A program made the translations under genes and the position numbers. A DNA stretch of 64,000 nt, taken from an uncultured Prevotellaceae bacterium. GTDB lineage: Bacteria; Bacteroidota; Bacteroidia; Bacteroidales; Bacteroidaceae. Below, piece after piece: positions 10,601-19,187 of the stretch. The stretch is taken from positions 9,909 to 73,908 of the forward strand of contig CAMWQU010000007.1 of assembly GCA_947176535.1 (NCBI GenBank), written 5' to 3'. Position 1 is the first letter of the stretch; each line of letters opens with the position of its first letter. The notes under the pieces were generated by a model. The model was not told the DNA's origin. It did not search any database and saw only the letters and a program-made list of their open reading frames with translations.

Positions 10601-11097
10601 TGGGTAAGAAGTTCGGTAAGCTGATGAAGGACGTGAACGCCGCCGTGACAGCGATGTCGCAGGAGCAGATTGCCGAACTGGAGCAGGCTGGCAGCCTGAA
10701 CATCGTTCTCGGAACGGGAGATACCGTGCTCGTCGAGGCTGCGGACGTGGAAATATACAGCGAGGACATTCCGGGCTGGACGGTGGCTAATGAGGGTGCG
10801 CTGACGGTGGCCCTTGACATCACGGTCACCGAGGAACTCAAGACCGAGGGTGTGGCCCGTGAACTGGTGAAGCGTATTCAGAACCTTCGCAAGGAGAGCG
10901 GTTTCGAAATCACCGACCGCATCGACGTTTTGCTTCAGCATCATTCGGAAACGGACAAAGCCGTGGCACAGTTCGGCGAGTATATCTCGGCTCAGGTGCT
11001 GGCCAACAGTCTCACGCTGACGAACGTAGTGGACGAGGCCACGGAACTGGACTTTGAAGATTATAAAGTGAGTATTAACATAAAGAAGAGTGTGTAA
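7606..11097 (+). CDS. ileS: Isoleucine--tRNA ligase
   Basis: 1163 aa. The class I HIGH region is PSANGHPGIHH and the KMSKS motif is LKMSKRLGN. It shows the conserved ileS-lspA synteny. Confidence 0.97.
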   Translation: MAKKFAERTRLNLSEVNKEVLSQWDKEDLFHRSISEREGCPSFIFFEGPPSANGHPGIHHVLARSLKDTFCRFKTMKGYQVHRKAGWDTHGLPVELGVEKELGITKEDIGKTISIEDYNRRCRQNVMMYTGEWEDLSHRMGYWVDMEHPYITYDNKYIESLWWLLKQLYQKQLLYKGYTIQPYSPAAGTGLSSHELNQPGCYRDVKDTTVTAQFRITGSTLQEGAAEAANTPADLLHNAGQLPVYMLAWTTTPWTLPSNTALCVGPKINYVAVKGRNPYTGETAIYILAEARKEVYFPAPKDEAEPAAEVLATFTGAELVGLRYEQLFLWVKPCALEDGRVVVREQEAFRVIPGDYVTTEDGTGVVHIAPTFGADDAKVAKDAGIPSLFVIDKAGDTRPMVDFTGKYFVKDDMDEAFVSLCVNDSYWGHSGDFVKNAYDPKYAGLDEKALAKTEDLNIVLCLEMKQAGTAFKIEKHVHNYPHCWRTDKPVLYYPLDSWFIRSTAAKERMMELNRTINWKPESTGTGRFGKWLENLNDWNLSRSRYWGTPLPIWRNRETKEEICIGSVEELYNEIEKAVGAGVMATNPLRERGFVPGDMSAENYDRIDLHRPYVDQIFLVGESGAVLKRELDLIDVWFDSGAMPYAQIHYPFENREALDKRVAFPADFIAEGVDQTRGWFFTLHAIATMVFDSVAYRTVISNGLVLDKNGLKMSKRLGNAVDPFQAIEQYGSDALRWYMITNSQPWDNLKFDEEGVKEVTRSFFGKLFQTYSFLTMYANVDGWCYGEDDVPMSDRPEMDRWILSELNSLIQEVTLCYEEYEPTRAGRLIQTFVVDNVSNWFVRLSRKRFWGSAMSTDKLSAYQTLYTCLEVVARLMAPIAPYYADRLYRDLNEATGRNAGSVHLAQFPVADESKIDKEQEKRMELAQQITSMVLSLRKKEQLIVRQPLQKIAIPAADTAQQERIEAMKQLILDEVNVKELEFVSGSGILVKKVKCNFRTMGKKFGKLMKDVNAAVTAMSQEQIAELEQAGSLNIVLGTGDTVLVEAADVEIYSEDIPGWTVANEGALTVALDITVTEELKTEGVARELVKRIQNLRKESGFEITDRIDVLLQHHSETDKAVAQFGEYISAQVLANSLTLTNVVDEATELDFEDYKVSINIKKSV

Positions 11098-11141
11098 GGG
11101 GGGCGATTCATTCTTCCCTGCGCACTTACCCTGCAAAAGCC

Positions 11142-11519
11142 ATGGACGGTAAAACACGATATAGCGATGAGGAACTGGAGGAGTTCCGCGCTATCATTCA
11201 GGAAAAACTGGAAGTGACAAAGCGCGATTACAAAAAGGTAATGGACGAGTTGTCCAAAGGTAACGAGAACGGAGTGGACGATACGTCGCCCACATTCCAC
11301 GCCCTGGAGGAGGGATGCGAGGCACAGAGCAAGACGCAGATGATACAGTTTGCGGCCCGTGCCCAGAAATTCATTCAGGGCTTGCAGGCCGCGCTCGTGC
11401 GTATTGACAACAAGACGTATGGCATCTGCCGCGAGACGGGCAAACTGATTCCGAAAGAGCGTTTGCGGGCAGTGCCCCATGCGACACTGAGTATCGAGGC
11501 TAAGCAGAATCGTAGATAG
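11142..11519 (+). CDS. DksA/TraR-family protein
   Basis: 125 aa. The C-terminal segment YGICRETGKLIPKERLRAVPHATLSIEAK is typical of the Bacteroidetes DksA/TraR-like proteins found between ileS and lspA. Confidence 0.7.
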   Translation: MDGKTRYSDEELEEFRAIIQEKLEVTKRDYKKVMDELSKGNENGVDDTSPTFHALEEGCEAQSKTQMIQFAARAQKFIQGLQAALVRIDNKTYGICRETGKLIPKERLRAVPHATLSIEAKQNRR

Positions 11520-11527
11520 AGAGACAA

Positions 11528-12139
11528 GTGGATAGAAGAAAACTTCAAACGTGGACGGTGGTGCTGCTTACCGTGTGTGTCATTGCCGTGGATCAGGTCA
11601 TCAAGGTGGCCGTCAAGACCGGTATGTATCTGCATCAAAGCATTCGCATCACCGACTGGTTCTATCTGCTCTTTACGGAGAACAACGGAATGGCTTTCGG
11701 TTGGGAGCTGCTCGACAAGTTTCTGCTGACTTCCTTCCGCATCGTCTTTGTCGTTCTGATAGGGTATTATCTGTTCCGGTCGATTCGTCGTGGTATCTCG
11801 TGGGGCTACCTTGTCTGCCTTTCGTTGGTGATAGCGGGGGCGGCCGGGAATATTATCGACTGCGTTTTCTACGGCATGATATTCAACAATCCGCCGGCTC
11901 CCATGACGGCCGACTTTGTTTCGTGGGGGGCTGGGTACGGTACCTTGTTCCACGGGCGGGTGGTGGATATGTTCTATTTTCCGCTGGTGGAATGGAACTG
12001 GCCGACGTGGATGCCCGGGTTGGGAGGAGAGCACTTTATCTTCTTTAGCCCCATCTTCAACTTTGCCGACGCGGCCATCTCGTGCGGTATAGTCGCCCTC
12101 CTGTTGTTTTATCGCAAGCAACTGGAACTGAAACACTGA
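11528..12139 (+). CDS. lspA: Lipoprotein signal peptidase II
   Basis: 203 aa multi-pass membrane protein with a GTG start. LspA motifs are FTENNGMAFGW and FNFADAAISCG. Confidence 0.92.
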   Translation: MDRRKLQTWTVVLLTVCVIAVDQVIKVAVKTGMYLHQSIRITDWFYLLFTENNGMAFGWELLDKFLLTSFRIVFVVLIGYYLFRSIRRGISWGYLVCLSLVIAGAAGNIIDCVFYGMIFNNPPAPMTADFVSWGAGYGTLFHGRVVDMFYFPLVEWNWPTWMPGLGGEHFIFFSPIFNFADAAISCGIVALLLFYRKQLELKH

Positions 12140-12165
12140 GGACGGAGGCCTGACAGAACGGGATT

Positions 12166-13164
12166 ATGAGGAGGATGAAAGAATGGATGTACGGGAAGAT
12201 GTGGGTTGGACTGCATCTTCTTATCTGCTCTTACGTTCTTGTTTCCTGCTCGGTGGACTTGCCCTCTCATGTGATTCCGAAAGAGAAGATGGAGAGGGTG
12301 CTCTATGATTACCATCTGGCGCAGGGTATGGCCGAGGCGCAGGGGGAGGATGTGGACGCCTCCCGTTACATCTTCGTGCAGAAAGTTTTTGAGAAACATC
12401 GTATCACGGAGGCGGACTTCGACTCGTCGATGGTGTGGTATTCAGGACATGCGTCTTATCTGGAAGAAATGTATAAGCATATCGAGGCGCGCCTGGATCG
12501 GGAGTCGCGCGAGGTCGGTTTGAACATTCCCGATGAGGATAAGTATGCGCATTATACGGCGGAAGGTGATACGGCCAATATCTGGCAGGGCCGCGATTTT
12601 TTCTATTTGCAGGGCAACCGCGAGGCGAATGTTTACACGATAGTTCTGCCAGCGGATTCTACGTTCCGCAAGGGGGATTATTTCATGTTCCGCTGTTCCA
12701 ACCGTTTTGTGGTGCAGGATATGCAACGCGAGGGCTTTGCCCTGTTGCAGGTGAAATATGCCAACGATTCGGTGGTGGCAGGCACGGCAATGGTGAACGG
12801 CGATTATGAACTTACCGTGAATATCCCGAAGGAACGGGTGAATGCCGACTGGGATATAAAATCGGTGGCCTGTACGTTCTATTACAGTTTTGACGAGCAT
12901 CGTGACGATGCTTTCCGGCTGTGGATTGTGAATAACCCTGTTCTTCTTCGTTATCATGATCTTACTCGGGACACGGTGACCGTGGAGGTGCCCGATACGT
13001 TGGCAGCGGATACGCTGGTGCAGATAGACGAGAGAAACCGCACGGAGCGCATTTCTCCGGATGAGTTCCGGGCCAATCAGAAAGTGGATCGTAAGATTCA
13101 CGTCGTGCAGAAACGCAATGTAAATTCACCCTCTTCCTCAAAGAGGATTAAACCTTCCCGCTAA
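12166..13164 (+). CDS. Lipoprotein with a DUF4296-like N-terminal region
   Basis: It has the lipobox LVSCS followed by IPKEKMERVLYDYHLAQGMAE, which resembles the DUF4296 proteins commonly found downstream of lspA. The rest is uncharacterised. Confidence 0.6.
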   Translation: MRRMKEWMYGKMWVGLHLLICSYVLVSCSVDLPSHVIPKEKMERVLYDYHLAQGMAEAQGEDVDASRYIFVQKVFEKHRITEADFDSSMVWYSGHASYLEEMYKHIEARLDRESREVGLNIPDEDKYAHYTAEGDTANIWQGRDFFYLQGNREANVYTIVLPADSTFRKGDYFMFRCSNRFVVQDMQREGFALLQVKYANDSVVAGTAMVNGDYELTVNIPKERVNADWDIKSVACTFYYSFDEHRDDAFRLWIVNNPVLLRYHDLTRDTVTVEVPDTLAADTLVQIDERNRTERISPDEFRANQKVDRKIHVVQKRNVNSPSSSKRIKPSR

Positions 13165-13166
13165 TT

Positions 13167-13400
13167 GTGCGTCAGATAGGTTGTCACCATCTCATTCTTC
13201 CTGACGGTCGCCGGGTGGATATGGCCGTGGTCGTGCTTGACGGACAGGAACGTTATGTCTCGCATCGTTATCTGCAACAAGACGGTGTTTCCGGTGCGGC
13301 CGGTGCAGTAGCTTCGTTTGTCGAGGAATCTTTTGTCGAATGGGTCGGAGGAACTGTCCGGATTGATGGTGAAGGACGGGTAATGAAAAATAGTATATGA
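13167..13400 (+). CDS. Small hypothetical protein (77 aa), gap-filling ORF
   Basis: The GTG start lies 2 nt after the upstream stop, and the stop overlaps the GH30 ATG (ATGA). I recognise no family. Confidence 0.35.
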   Translation: MRQIGCHHLILPDGRRVDMAVVVLDGQERYVSHRYLQQDGVSGAAGAVASFVEESFVEWVGGTVRIDGEGRVMKNSI

Positions 13401-14815
13401 AACGTTTTCTCTTTTTATCGCTTAGTCTTTGTCTGGGTATGCTGTTCTGCCGTGCCGGTCATGCATCTGTGGTTATTGACCCCGAAAAGAAGAATCAGAC
13501 CCTCGAAGGGTGGGGGGTAAGTCTGTGCTGGTGGGCGCACATGGGAGGTGCGTGGACGGACGAACGTATTGACACGCTCGTACACTGGCTGACAAGTCCC
13601 GAGGGGCTGAACTATAATGTATTCCGTTATAACATACCGGGAGGTGACGACCCGGAATGGCGGAACTGCGAGGAGCACCACATGGCCAAGCCACCTACGG
13701 GAAAGGGTATTCGGGCAGAAATGCCGGGCTTCAAGGTCTATCCGGATTCGCCCTATGATTGGGCGGCCGATAGTGCGCAGATAAAGGTAATGCTGAAAAT
13801 CAGGGAGGCCCGCCCCGATGCCATATTCGAGGCTTTCAGCAACAGTGCCCCGTGGTGGATGACGGTCAGCGGATGCTGCGCCGGGAATGACGACCCGTCG
13901 AAAGACAATCTTGCTCCTGAAATGTATGAGACTTTCGCTCACTATTTGATTGACGTGTGCCGTCATTTTCGTGATGCTTACGGGATAGAATTTCGCACGT
14001 TAGACCCTTTCAATGAGCCTTATACCAACTATTGGAACCGTAGCGGAAGTCAAGAGGGATGTCATTTCGAACCTGAGTCTCAAGCGGCTTTCCTTAAAGT
14101 GCTGCATCCGATGTTGGAAGCCTCCGGTCTGCGAACAGTCTTGTCTGCATCCGACGAGACGGCCACGAAAGCCGCACTGGAGGATATTCGTGTGTACGGA
14201 GAGGCTACGCAACTGCTCGGCCAGTGGAACGTGCATACTTACAAGGCTACTAATCCGGAGCGTATAGCATTACGCGAGGAAGCTCGCCGTCGGGGGCTTC
14301 GGTTGTGGATGAGCGAGAGCGGTGACGGTGGGCACGGCATACATGGGAATTTGGCTATGCTTCAGCGCCTGTTCGACGATATGCGCTATTTGCAGCCGGT
14401 GGCATGGGTGGATTGGCAGTATGCCGAGGAACATACAGACCAGTGGGCACTTGTCGGTGCAGACTGGAAGTCGCAACGGTATTGGAAGCTGAAAAACTAT
14501 GCTGTGCGGCAGCAGGTGACGCGTTTTATCCGGCAGGGATATACATTCCTTGATGTGGACGATGAGCAGACGCTCTGCGCCCTATCGCCTGACGGGCTTG
14601 AGGTTGTTCTGGTGTGCTTAAACAATAAGCGCGAAACATCGCATATAGTGTACGATATTTCGCGCTTGGGTAATGTGCAGTCCACGATTCCCTGTTATAC
14701 GACCGACCGTCAGCAATCACTTGCTCCCGGCAGTGTTTCTTGTCGTGACCGTAAACTGGAGGTGAGGCTTCAGCCGCACAGTGTTTCCACTTTCATTTTG
14801 TCTATTCGACGCTGA
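13397..14815 (+). CDS. Glycoside hydrolase family 30-like secreted enzyme
   Basis: It has a signal peptide and an N-terminal TLEGWGVSLCWWA motif. The acid/base-like motif is LDPFNEPYTNYW and the nucleophile-like motif is LWMSESG. It ends with a beta-sandwich segment, PHSVSTFIL. Confidence 0.82.
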   Translation: MKRFLFLSLSLCLGMLFCRAGHASVVIDPEKKNQTLEGWGVSLCWWAHMGGAWTDERIDTLVHWLTSPEGLNYNVFRYNIPGGDDPEWRNCEEHHMAKPPTGKGIRAEMPGFKVYPDSPYDWAADSAQIKVMLKIREARPDAIFEAFSNSAPWWMTVSGCCAGNDDPSKDNLAPEMYETFAHYLIDVCRHFRDAYGIEFRTLDPFNEPYTNYWNRSGSQEGCHFEPESQAAFLKVLHPMLEASGLRTVLSASDETATKAALEDIRVYGEATQLLGQWNVHTYKATNPERIALREEARRRGLRLWMSESGDGGHGIHGNLAMLQRLFDDMRYLQPVAWVDWQYAEEHTDQWALVGADWKSQRYWKLKNYAVRQQVTRFIRQGYTFLDVDDEQTLCALSPDGLEVVLVCLNNKRETSHIVYDISRLGNVQSTIPCYTTDRQQSLAPGSVSCRDRKLEVRLQPHSVSTFILSIRR

Positions 14816-15222
14816 TGGCGACCGCCCTCAAAGGGTGTGGCAAAGAACTCGTCCATGATGTGACGGGCCATGTCGGTGTCGATGAAACGTCCCGGCATGA
14901 CGAGTACATTCGCATCGTTGTGCTGACGGATGAGGTGGGCAATTTCCGGTATCCAGCAAAGGCCGGCACGTATGGATTGATGCTTGTTCAGCGTCATGGC
15001 GATGCCTTCACCTGAACCGCAGATGGCGATTCCGGGATATACTTCGCCTTTTTCGATGCCTTGGGCCAGTGCGTGACCGAAGTCGCTGTAATCGCAGGAA
15101 TCCTCCGTCAGTGTGCCGTAATCCTTATAGGCGATACCTTTCTCCTCAAGGTATGTCTTTACGAATTGTTTTAAGGCATAGCCGGCGTGGTCGCTGGCTA
15201 TGCCTATTATTTTAGTGTCCAT
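14770..15222 (-). CDS. rpiB: Ribose-5-phosphate isomerase B
   Basis: 150 aa. Motifs are IGIASDHAGYALK, CGSGEGIAMTLNKHQSIRAG and FEGGRHQRRIDK. Confidence 0.93.
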   Translation of the reverse strand: MDTKIIGIASDHAGYALKQFVKTYLEEKGIAYKDYGTLTEDSCDYSDFGHALAQGIEKGEVYPGIAICGSGEGIAMTLNKHQSIRAGLCWIPEIAHLIRQHNDANVLVMPGRFIDTDMARHIMDEFFATPFEGGRHQRRIDKMKVETLCG

Positions 15223-15224
15223 GA

Positions 15225-17249
15225 TTAAAGGATGCTCTTAACTTGCTCGTACACATTCTCAGCCGTGTAACCCAGTTTCTCGTCAAGCACTTTATAAGGA
15301 GCAGAGAAACCGAAACTCTCCAAGCCCCATATCTTGCTTTCGGGAGCTGCTCCGATGAGGAAGCCCTGCAGATTCACGGGCAAACCTGCGGTCATACCGA
15401 ATACCTTGGCACCAGTGGGTATCATATTTTGTTGGTAGTCCACGGGCTGGTTGCGGAATACGCCTTCGGACGGAACGCTTACGATGCGTACCCGAACGCC
15501 ATCTTTACGCAACAGTTCGGCACCGGCCACCAATGTGCTGACCTCAGAACCGGTAGCCACGAGGACAACATCGGGATGCTCGTCAGAGCCGGCTACGATG
15601 TAACCGCCTTTGCGTGCCTGCTCGTAGTCGTTGCCTTCGGGCAGATTGGTAATATTCTGACGGCTGAGGATGAGGGCCGTGGGCGTTTTCATGTTTTCCA
15701 TAGCCATAGCCCATGCCGTGGTTGTCTCTTTGGCGTCAGCCGGACGCAGTACAAGGCAGGAATTTTCGCCATGGTGGTTCTTCAGTTTCTCCATCAGACG
15801 GATTTGTGCCTCCTGCTCTACGGGCTCGTGAGTGGGGCCGTCCTCACCGACACGGAACGCATCGTGGGTCCAGACGAACTTCACAGGCAGTTCCATCAAT
15901 GCTGCCATACGCACGGCGGGTTTCATATAGTCCGAGAATACGAAGAACGTTCCGCAGGCGGGGATGACACCACCGTGGAGGGCCATTCCGATGCAGCAGC
16001 AAGCCATTGTCAGCTCGGCCACGCCGGCTTGGAAGAACGCACCGGAGAAATCACCGGCTTTCAGGGCGTGGGTCTTCTTCAGGAATCCGTCCGTTTTGTC
16101 GGAGTTAGACAAATCGGCACTGGCACAAATCATATTGGGCACCTGTTCGGCCAACACGCTCAGGCAGGCGGCGCTGGCATTACGTGTAGCGTCGTTGTCT
16201 TTCTGCACGCATTTGCTCCAATCGATGTTCGGTGCCTTAGAACTGAACCAGTCGTTCAGTTGGGCTGCTTTCTCAGGATTCTGCTCGGCCCAAGCCTTTT
16301 CTTCGGCGTGACGATCGGCAACCAACTGACGCAGTTCCTCGGCCCGGCGGGCATAGAGTTCCTGTACGTCGGGGAATATCTGGAAAGGTTGTTCGGGATC
16401 GCCTCCGAGATTCTTTATCGTGTTCTTGAAACTGTCGCCTCCGAGCGGTGCACCGTGTGTCTTGCAGTTGCATTCGTAGCTCGAACCATCCTCCTTGAGG
16501 GCACCCTTACCCATGATGCACTTACCGATGATGAGAGCGGGCTTGCCTTTGACAGCCTTTGCCTTCTCGATGGCTTCGCGAATCTGCAGGGCATCGTTAC
16601 CGTTGATTTCCTGCACGTCCCAGCCCAAAGCACGGTACTTGGCAGCCGTGTCTTCGTTCATTACCTCGGAAGTCTTGGTAGAGAGCTGGATGTCATTGGA
16701 GTCGTAGAACATGATGAGGTTGTCCAGTCCCAACGTTCCGGCAACGCGGGCAGCGCCCTGTGATATTTCCTCCTGCACACCGCCGTCCGAGATGTAGGCA
16801 TAGATGGTCTCTTTCTCGAAGGTAGGATTACCGGTGTGGGCGGCAAGGAATTTGGCGGCGATGGCGGCACCTACGGCAAAGGCATGACCTTGTCCGAGGG
16901 GGCCACTAGTGTTTTCCACGCCGCGTGTGATGTCGAATTCGGGATGTCCGGTCGTGGGCGAGCCCCACTGACGCAGAGCCTGCAGTTCCTCCAGACTGTA
17001 TTTGCCGATGAGGCACAGTTGGCTGTAGAGCATGGGGGCCATGTGACCGGGATCCAGATAGAAGCGGTCGCGTCCCTGCCACGTGGGATTTTCGGGGTCA
17101 TACTGCAGAAACTCGCTATAAAGCACGTTGATGAAGTCGGCACCACCCATAGAGCCTCCGGGATGGCCGCTCTTGGCTTTCTCGACTGCACTGGCAGCCA
17201 GAATGCGGATATTGTCGGCTGCGTGATTCAGAACCTTAATGTCGTTCAT
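15225..17249 (-). CDS. tkt: Transketolase
   Basis: 674 aa. The N-terminal motif is SGHPGGSMGGADF, and the TPP- and pyrimidine-binding regions are conserved throughout. Confidence 0.96.
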   Translation of the reverse strand: MNDIKVLNHAADNIRILAASAVEKAKSGHPGGSMGGADFINVLYSEFLQYDPENPTWQGRDRFYLDPGHMAPMLYSQLCLIGKYSLEELQALRQWGSPTTGHPEFDITRGVENTSGPLGQGHAFAVGAAIAAKFLAAHTGNPTFEKETIYAYISDGGVQEEISQGAARVAGTLGLDNLIMFYDSNDIQLSTKTSEVMNEDTAAKYRALGWDVQEINGNDALQIREAIEKAKAVKGKPALIIGKCIMGKGALKEDGSSYECNCKTHGAPLGGDSFKNTIKNLGGDPEQPFQIFPDVQELYARRAEELRQLVADRHAEEKAWAEQNPEKAAQLNDWFSSKAPNIDWSKCVQKDNDATRNASAACLSVLAEQVPNMICASADLSNSDKTDGFLKKTHALKAGDFSGAFFQAGVAELTMACCCIGMALHGGVIPACGTFFVFSDYMKPAVRMAALMELPVKFVWTHDAFRVGEDGPTHEPVEQEAQIRLMEKLKNHHGENSCLVLRPADAKETTTAWAMAMENMKTPTALILSRQNITNLPEGNDYEQARKGGYIVAGSDEHPDVVLVATGSEVSTLVAGAELLRKDGVRVRIVSVPSEGVFRNQPVDYQQNMIPTGAKVFGMTAGLPVNLQGFLIGAAPESKIWGLESFGFSAPYKVLDEKLGYTAENVYEQVKSIL

Positions 17250-17287
17250 AGATGTAGTATTTTATTGTTATTGAATATCTCTTTAGG

Positions 17288-17295
17288 CAAAGATA
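17288..17295 (-). promoter_or_regulatory. -7 promoter box (TATCTTTG on the minus strand) for tkt-rpiB
   Basis: It matches TAnnTTTG and lies 38 nt upstream of the tkt ATG. Confidence 0.5.
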
Positions 17296-17334
17296 CGAAA
17301 AAACATTGTAACTGGCTATATAAAAAGCAGAAAA

Positions 17335-17394
17335 AACGCTGATATAGCGTTGTTCAAAGTAAACCCGCAGTCGCACGTCGTGGCGAATGCGGGT
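17335..17394 (-). terminator. Two tandem terminator hairpins downstream of the GH29 gene
   Basis: The first hairpin is ACCCGCA (17363-17369) with TGCGGGT (17388-17394). The second is AACGCT (17335-17340) with AGCGTT (17346-17351), followed on the minus strand by TTTTTT. Confidence 0.6.
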
Positions 17395-17406
17395 TCTCTG
17401 TATGTA

Positions 17407-19041
17407 TTATTTCTTGATTTTCAGAACGGGCGCGATAGGGTTTGTAGGCTTTTCCGGTAGCTGTACGACCAGGCCTTCCTGTGTTTGCCGGACTTTGATG
17501 CGTCCGTAGCCAAGCAATTCCACGTGTTTGACAGACTTGGTGAAGTCCGGGTTGCCCGCAGCCAGTGACTTGATGGTTACGACGCCGTCTTCCGGCCATC
17601 CGAGCGGAATGGCATAAAGGTGTTTCTTGGTCTGCGTGAAGCGTATCTCCCCGGCTCCGGCCTTAGTGTATGAACCTTCATTGAACCCTACGTTGTTTAT
17701 TTTTATGTCAGCTTCAGCAATCGGGCCTTCGCCGAAGCGCACCCACGGGCGTGTGGCATAGATGGCCTCTCCGTTCTGCTTCATCCATTGTCCGATGTTC
17801 TCCAGGATGCTGCGTTCGTGCTCGTCGAAAGTGCCGTCGGCACGCAGGGGCACACTGAGCAACAGGTTACCGTTCTTTGAAACGATGTCCACCAACAGGC
17901 GGATGACGGTAGGTGCCTGCTTGTAGGCATTGCTTTGCGAGATGCCCTCGTTCCAGTGCCAGCCTCCGAGGCAGGTACACGTCTGCCAGGGTTCGGGGAT
18001 AATCCGGTTTGGTGCACCGCGTTCCACATCCCACGTCATGGCGCGCCGCTGCTCCTCGTTGAGGATTTTGCCGAGCGTCACGGCTTTATTTTTTCCGTGG
18101 TTCCACTTGATGCTACTGTTATACTGATGGGCCACCAGACGCAGGCCGCAGTCGCTGATGCTCCCGAAGGGCAGCACCGTGGCATCGTAATACACCACAT
18201 CGGGCCGATAGCGGTTGATGGCGTCGATGGTGCGGTTGTAGAAGTTGGTGATGTATTCCTGCGTGGGCGTTACACAACCGTTCTTCCAGTCCCAGTTGTC
18301 GCCAATAGAACCTTTGCTCCGCGGATGATTCTGTGCATAGAGTTCCTGTGGGTCCAGTCCTTCCCACCATTTTCCCTTTCCGTCTTCTCGCGTGAGCGTT
18401 CCGTCGTAAGGCACACCTTTGCGCTCGCCTTCCGAGTCACTCCCCTGTGCGGACTCGTAGAACCGCCACGCGTGGTCGGCATGGAAACTGATGCCTAACG
18501 GCAGACCGGCTTTCCGGGCCGCCCGCGCCCATTCTTCCATCACGTCTCGTTCGGGGCCTATCTGTTTGGCGTTCCACGGTTGGTACTTTGAGTCCCACAT
18601 GTCGAAATTGTCGTGGTGATTGCCCATTGCAAAGAAGTATTTTGCTCCGACGCTCTTGTAGAACTGCACCAGCGAATCGGGTTGCCAATGTTCGGCGCGG
18701 AACAGGGGGAGAATATCCTTGAAGCCCACTTCCGACTGATGACCGTAGTGCTCGCGGTGGTGTTTCCATGCTCCCGAACCTTCTTCATACATACCGAGGG
18801 CCATCCAATCTCCCGAGCCTTCCACGCACTGCGGCCCCCAGTGTGCCCAGATGCCGAATTTCGCATCACGGAACCACTCCGGTGTTTCGTACCGGACGAG
18901 GGATTCCCAAGTGGGGGCGAATGGCCCCTGCTGCATGGTTTCTTCGTTTTCCGCAACAGGGACAAACGGGGACGTCTGCACGTCGTCAGCCTTTGCCATG
19001 CCGGCAAGGGCCAGAAAAAGACAAATAGTTAGATTTCGCAT
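17407..19041 (-). CDS. Alpha-L-fucosidase (GH29), secreted
   Basis: It has a signal peptide. GH29 motifs are WFRDAKFGIWAHWGPQ and YFFAMGNHHDNFDMWDS. Confidence 0.92.
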   Translation of the reverse strand: MRNLTICLFLALAGMAKADDVQTSPFVPVAENEETMQQGPFAPTWESLVRYETPEWFRDAKFGIWAHWGPQCVEGSGDWMALGMYEEGSGAWKHHREHYGHQSEVGFKDILPLFRAEHWQPDSLVQFYKSVGAKYFFAMGNHHDNFDMWDSKYQPWNAKQIGPERDVMEEWARAARKAGLPLGISFHADHAWRFYESAQGSDSEGERKGVPYDGTLTREDGKGKWWEGLDPQELYAQNHPRSKGSIGDNWDWKNGCVTPTQEYITNFYNRTIDAINRYRPDVVYYDATVLPFGSISDCGLRLVAHQYNSSIKWNHGKNKAVTLGKILNEEQRRAMTWDVERGAPNRIIPEPWQTCTCLGGWHWNEGISQSNAYKQAPTVIRLLVDIVSKNGNLLLSVPLRADGTFDEHERSILENIGQWMKQNGEAIYATRPWVRFGEGPIAEADIKINNVGFNEGSYTKAGAGEIRFTQTKKHLYAIPLGWPEDGVVTIKSLAAGNPDFTKSVKHVELLGYGRIKVRQTQEGLVVQLPEKPTNPIAPVLKIKK

Positions 19042-19123
19042 ACCTTTTCTTTATGTTTATGATACGTTTGTGCGTAAAGGTACATCTTTTATTTGTAAAG
19101 GCCAAGGATAATGTTATAAAAAT

Positions 19124-19150
19124 AAGCACTTCGGGATTCCCGAAGTGCTT
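19124..19150 (-). terminator. Terminator hairpin downstream of the outer-membrane barrel gene
   Basis: A 13-bp perfect inverted repeat pairs AAGCACTTCGGGA with TCCCGAAGTGCTT. It is followed on the minus strand by ATTTTTAT. Confidence 0.75.
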
Positions 19151-19187
19151 GAAGATATTGCAGAATACGTATGATGCGTTTATGACA

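Noticed and set aside
8389-11157. A 922-codon ORF lies antisense to ileS. Similar giant antisense ORFs occur at 41664-44000 (778 aa, versus GH35), 15243-16763 (506 aa, versus tkt), 6111-7337 (408 aa, versus SusD), 59744-60919, 33733-34854, 48237-49310, 51472-52527 and 45158-46177.
   Set aside because: For ileS, GH35, tkt and SusD I checked the coordinates modulo 3, and the antisense ORF is exactly codon-aligned with the real gene. In that frame an antisense stop requires a sense TTA, CTA or TCA codon. These GC-rich genes almost never use those codons, so the frame stays open by codon bias alone. The translations are low-complexity (R/G/H/V-rich) with no motifs, and the sense genes are unambiguous. 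The Rodin-Ohno style idea of an antisense partner to a class I aminoacyl-tRNA synthetase gene is tempting but has no support here.
11551-12048. A 165-codon alternative-frame ORF lies inside lspA, and there are many 60-150-codon ORFs nested in other genes.
   Set aside because: They are Arg/Gly/Pro-rich translations typical of off-frame reading of GC-rich coding sequence. The overlapping annotated genes have strong family signatures.
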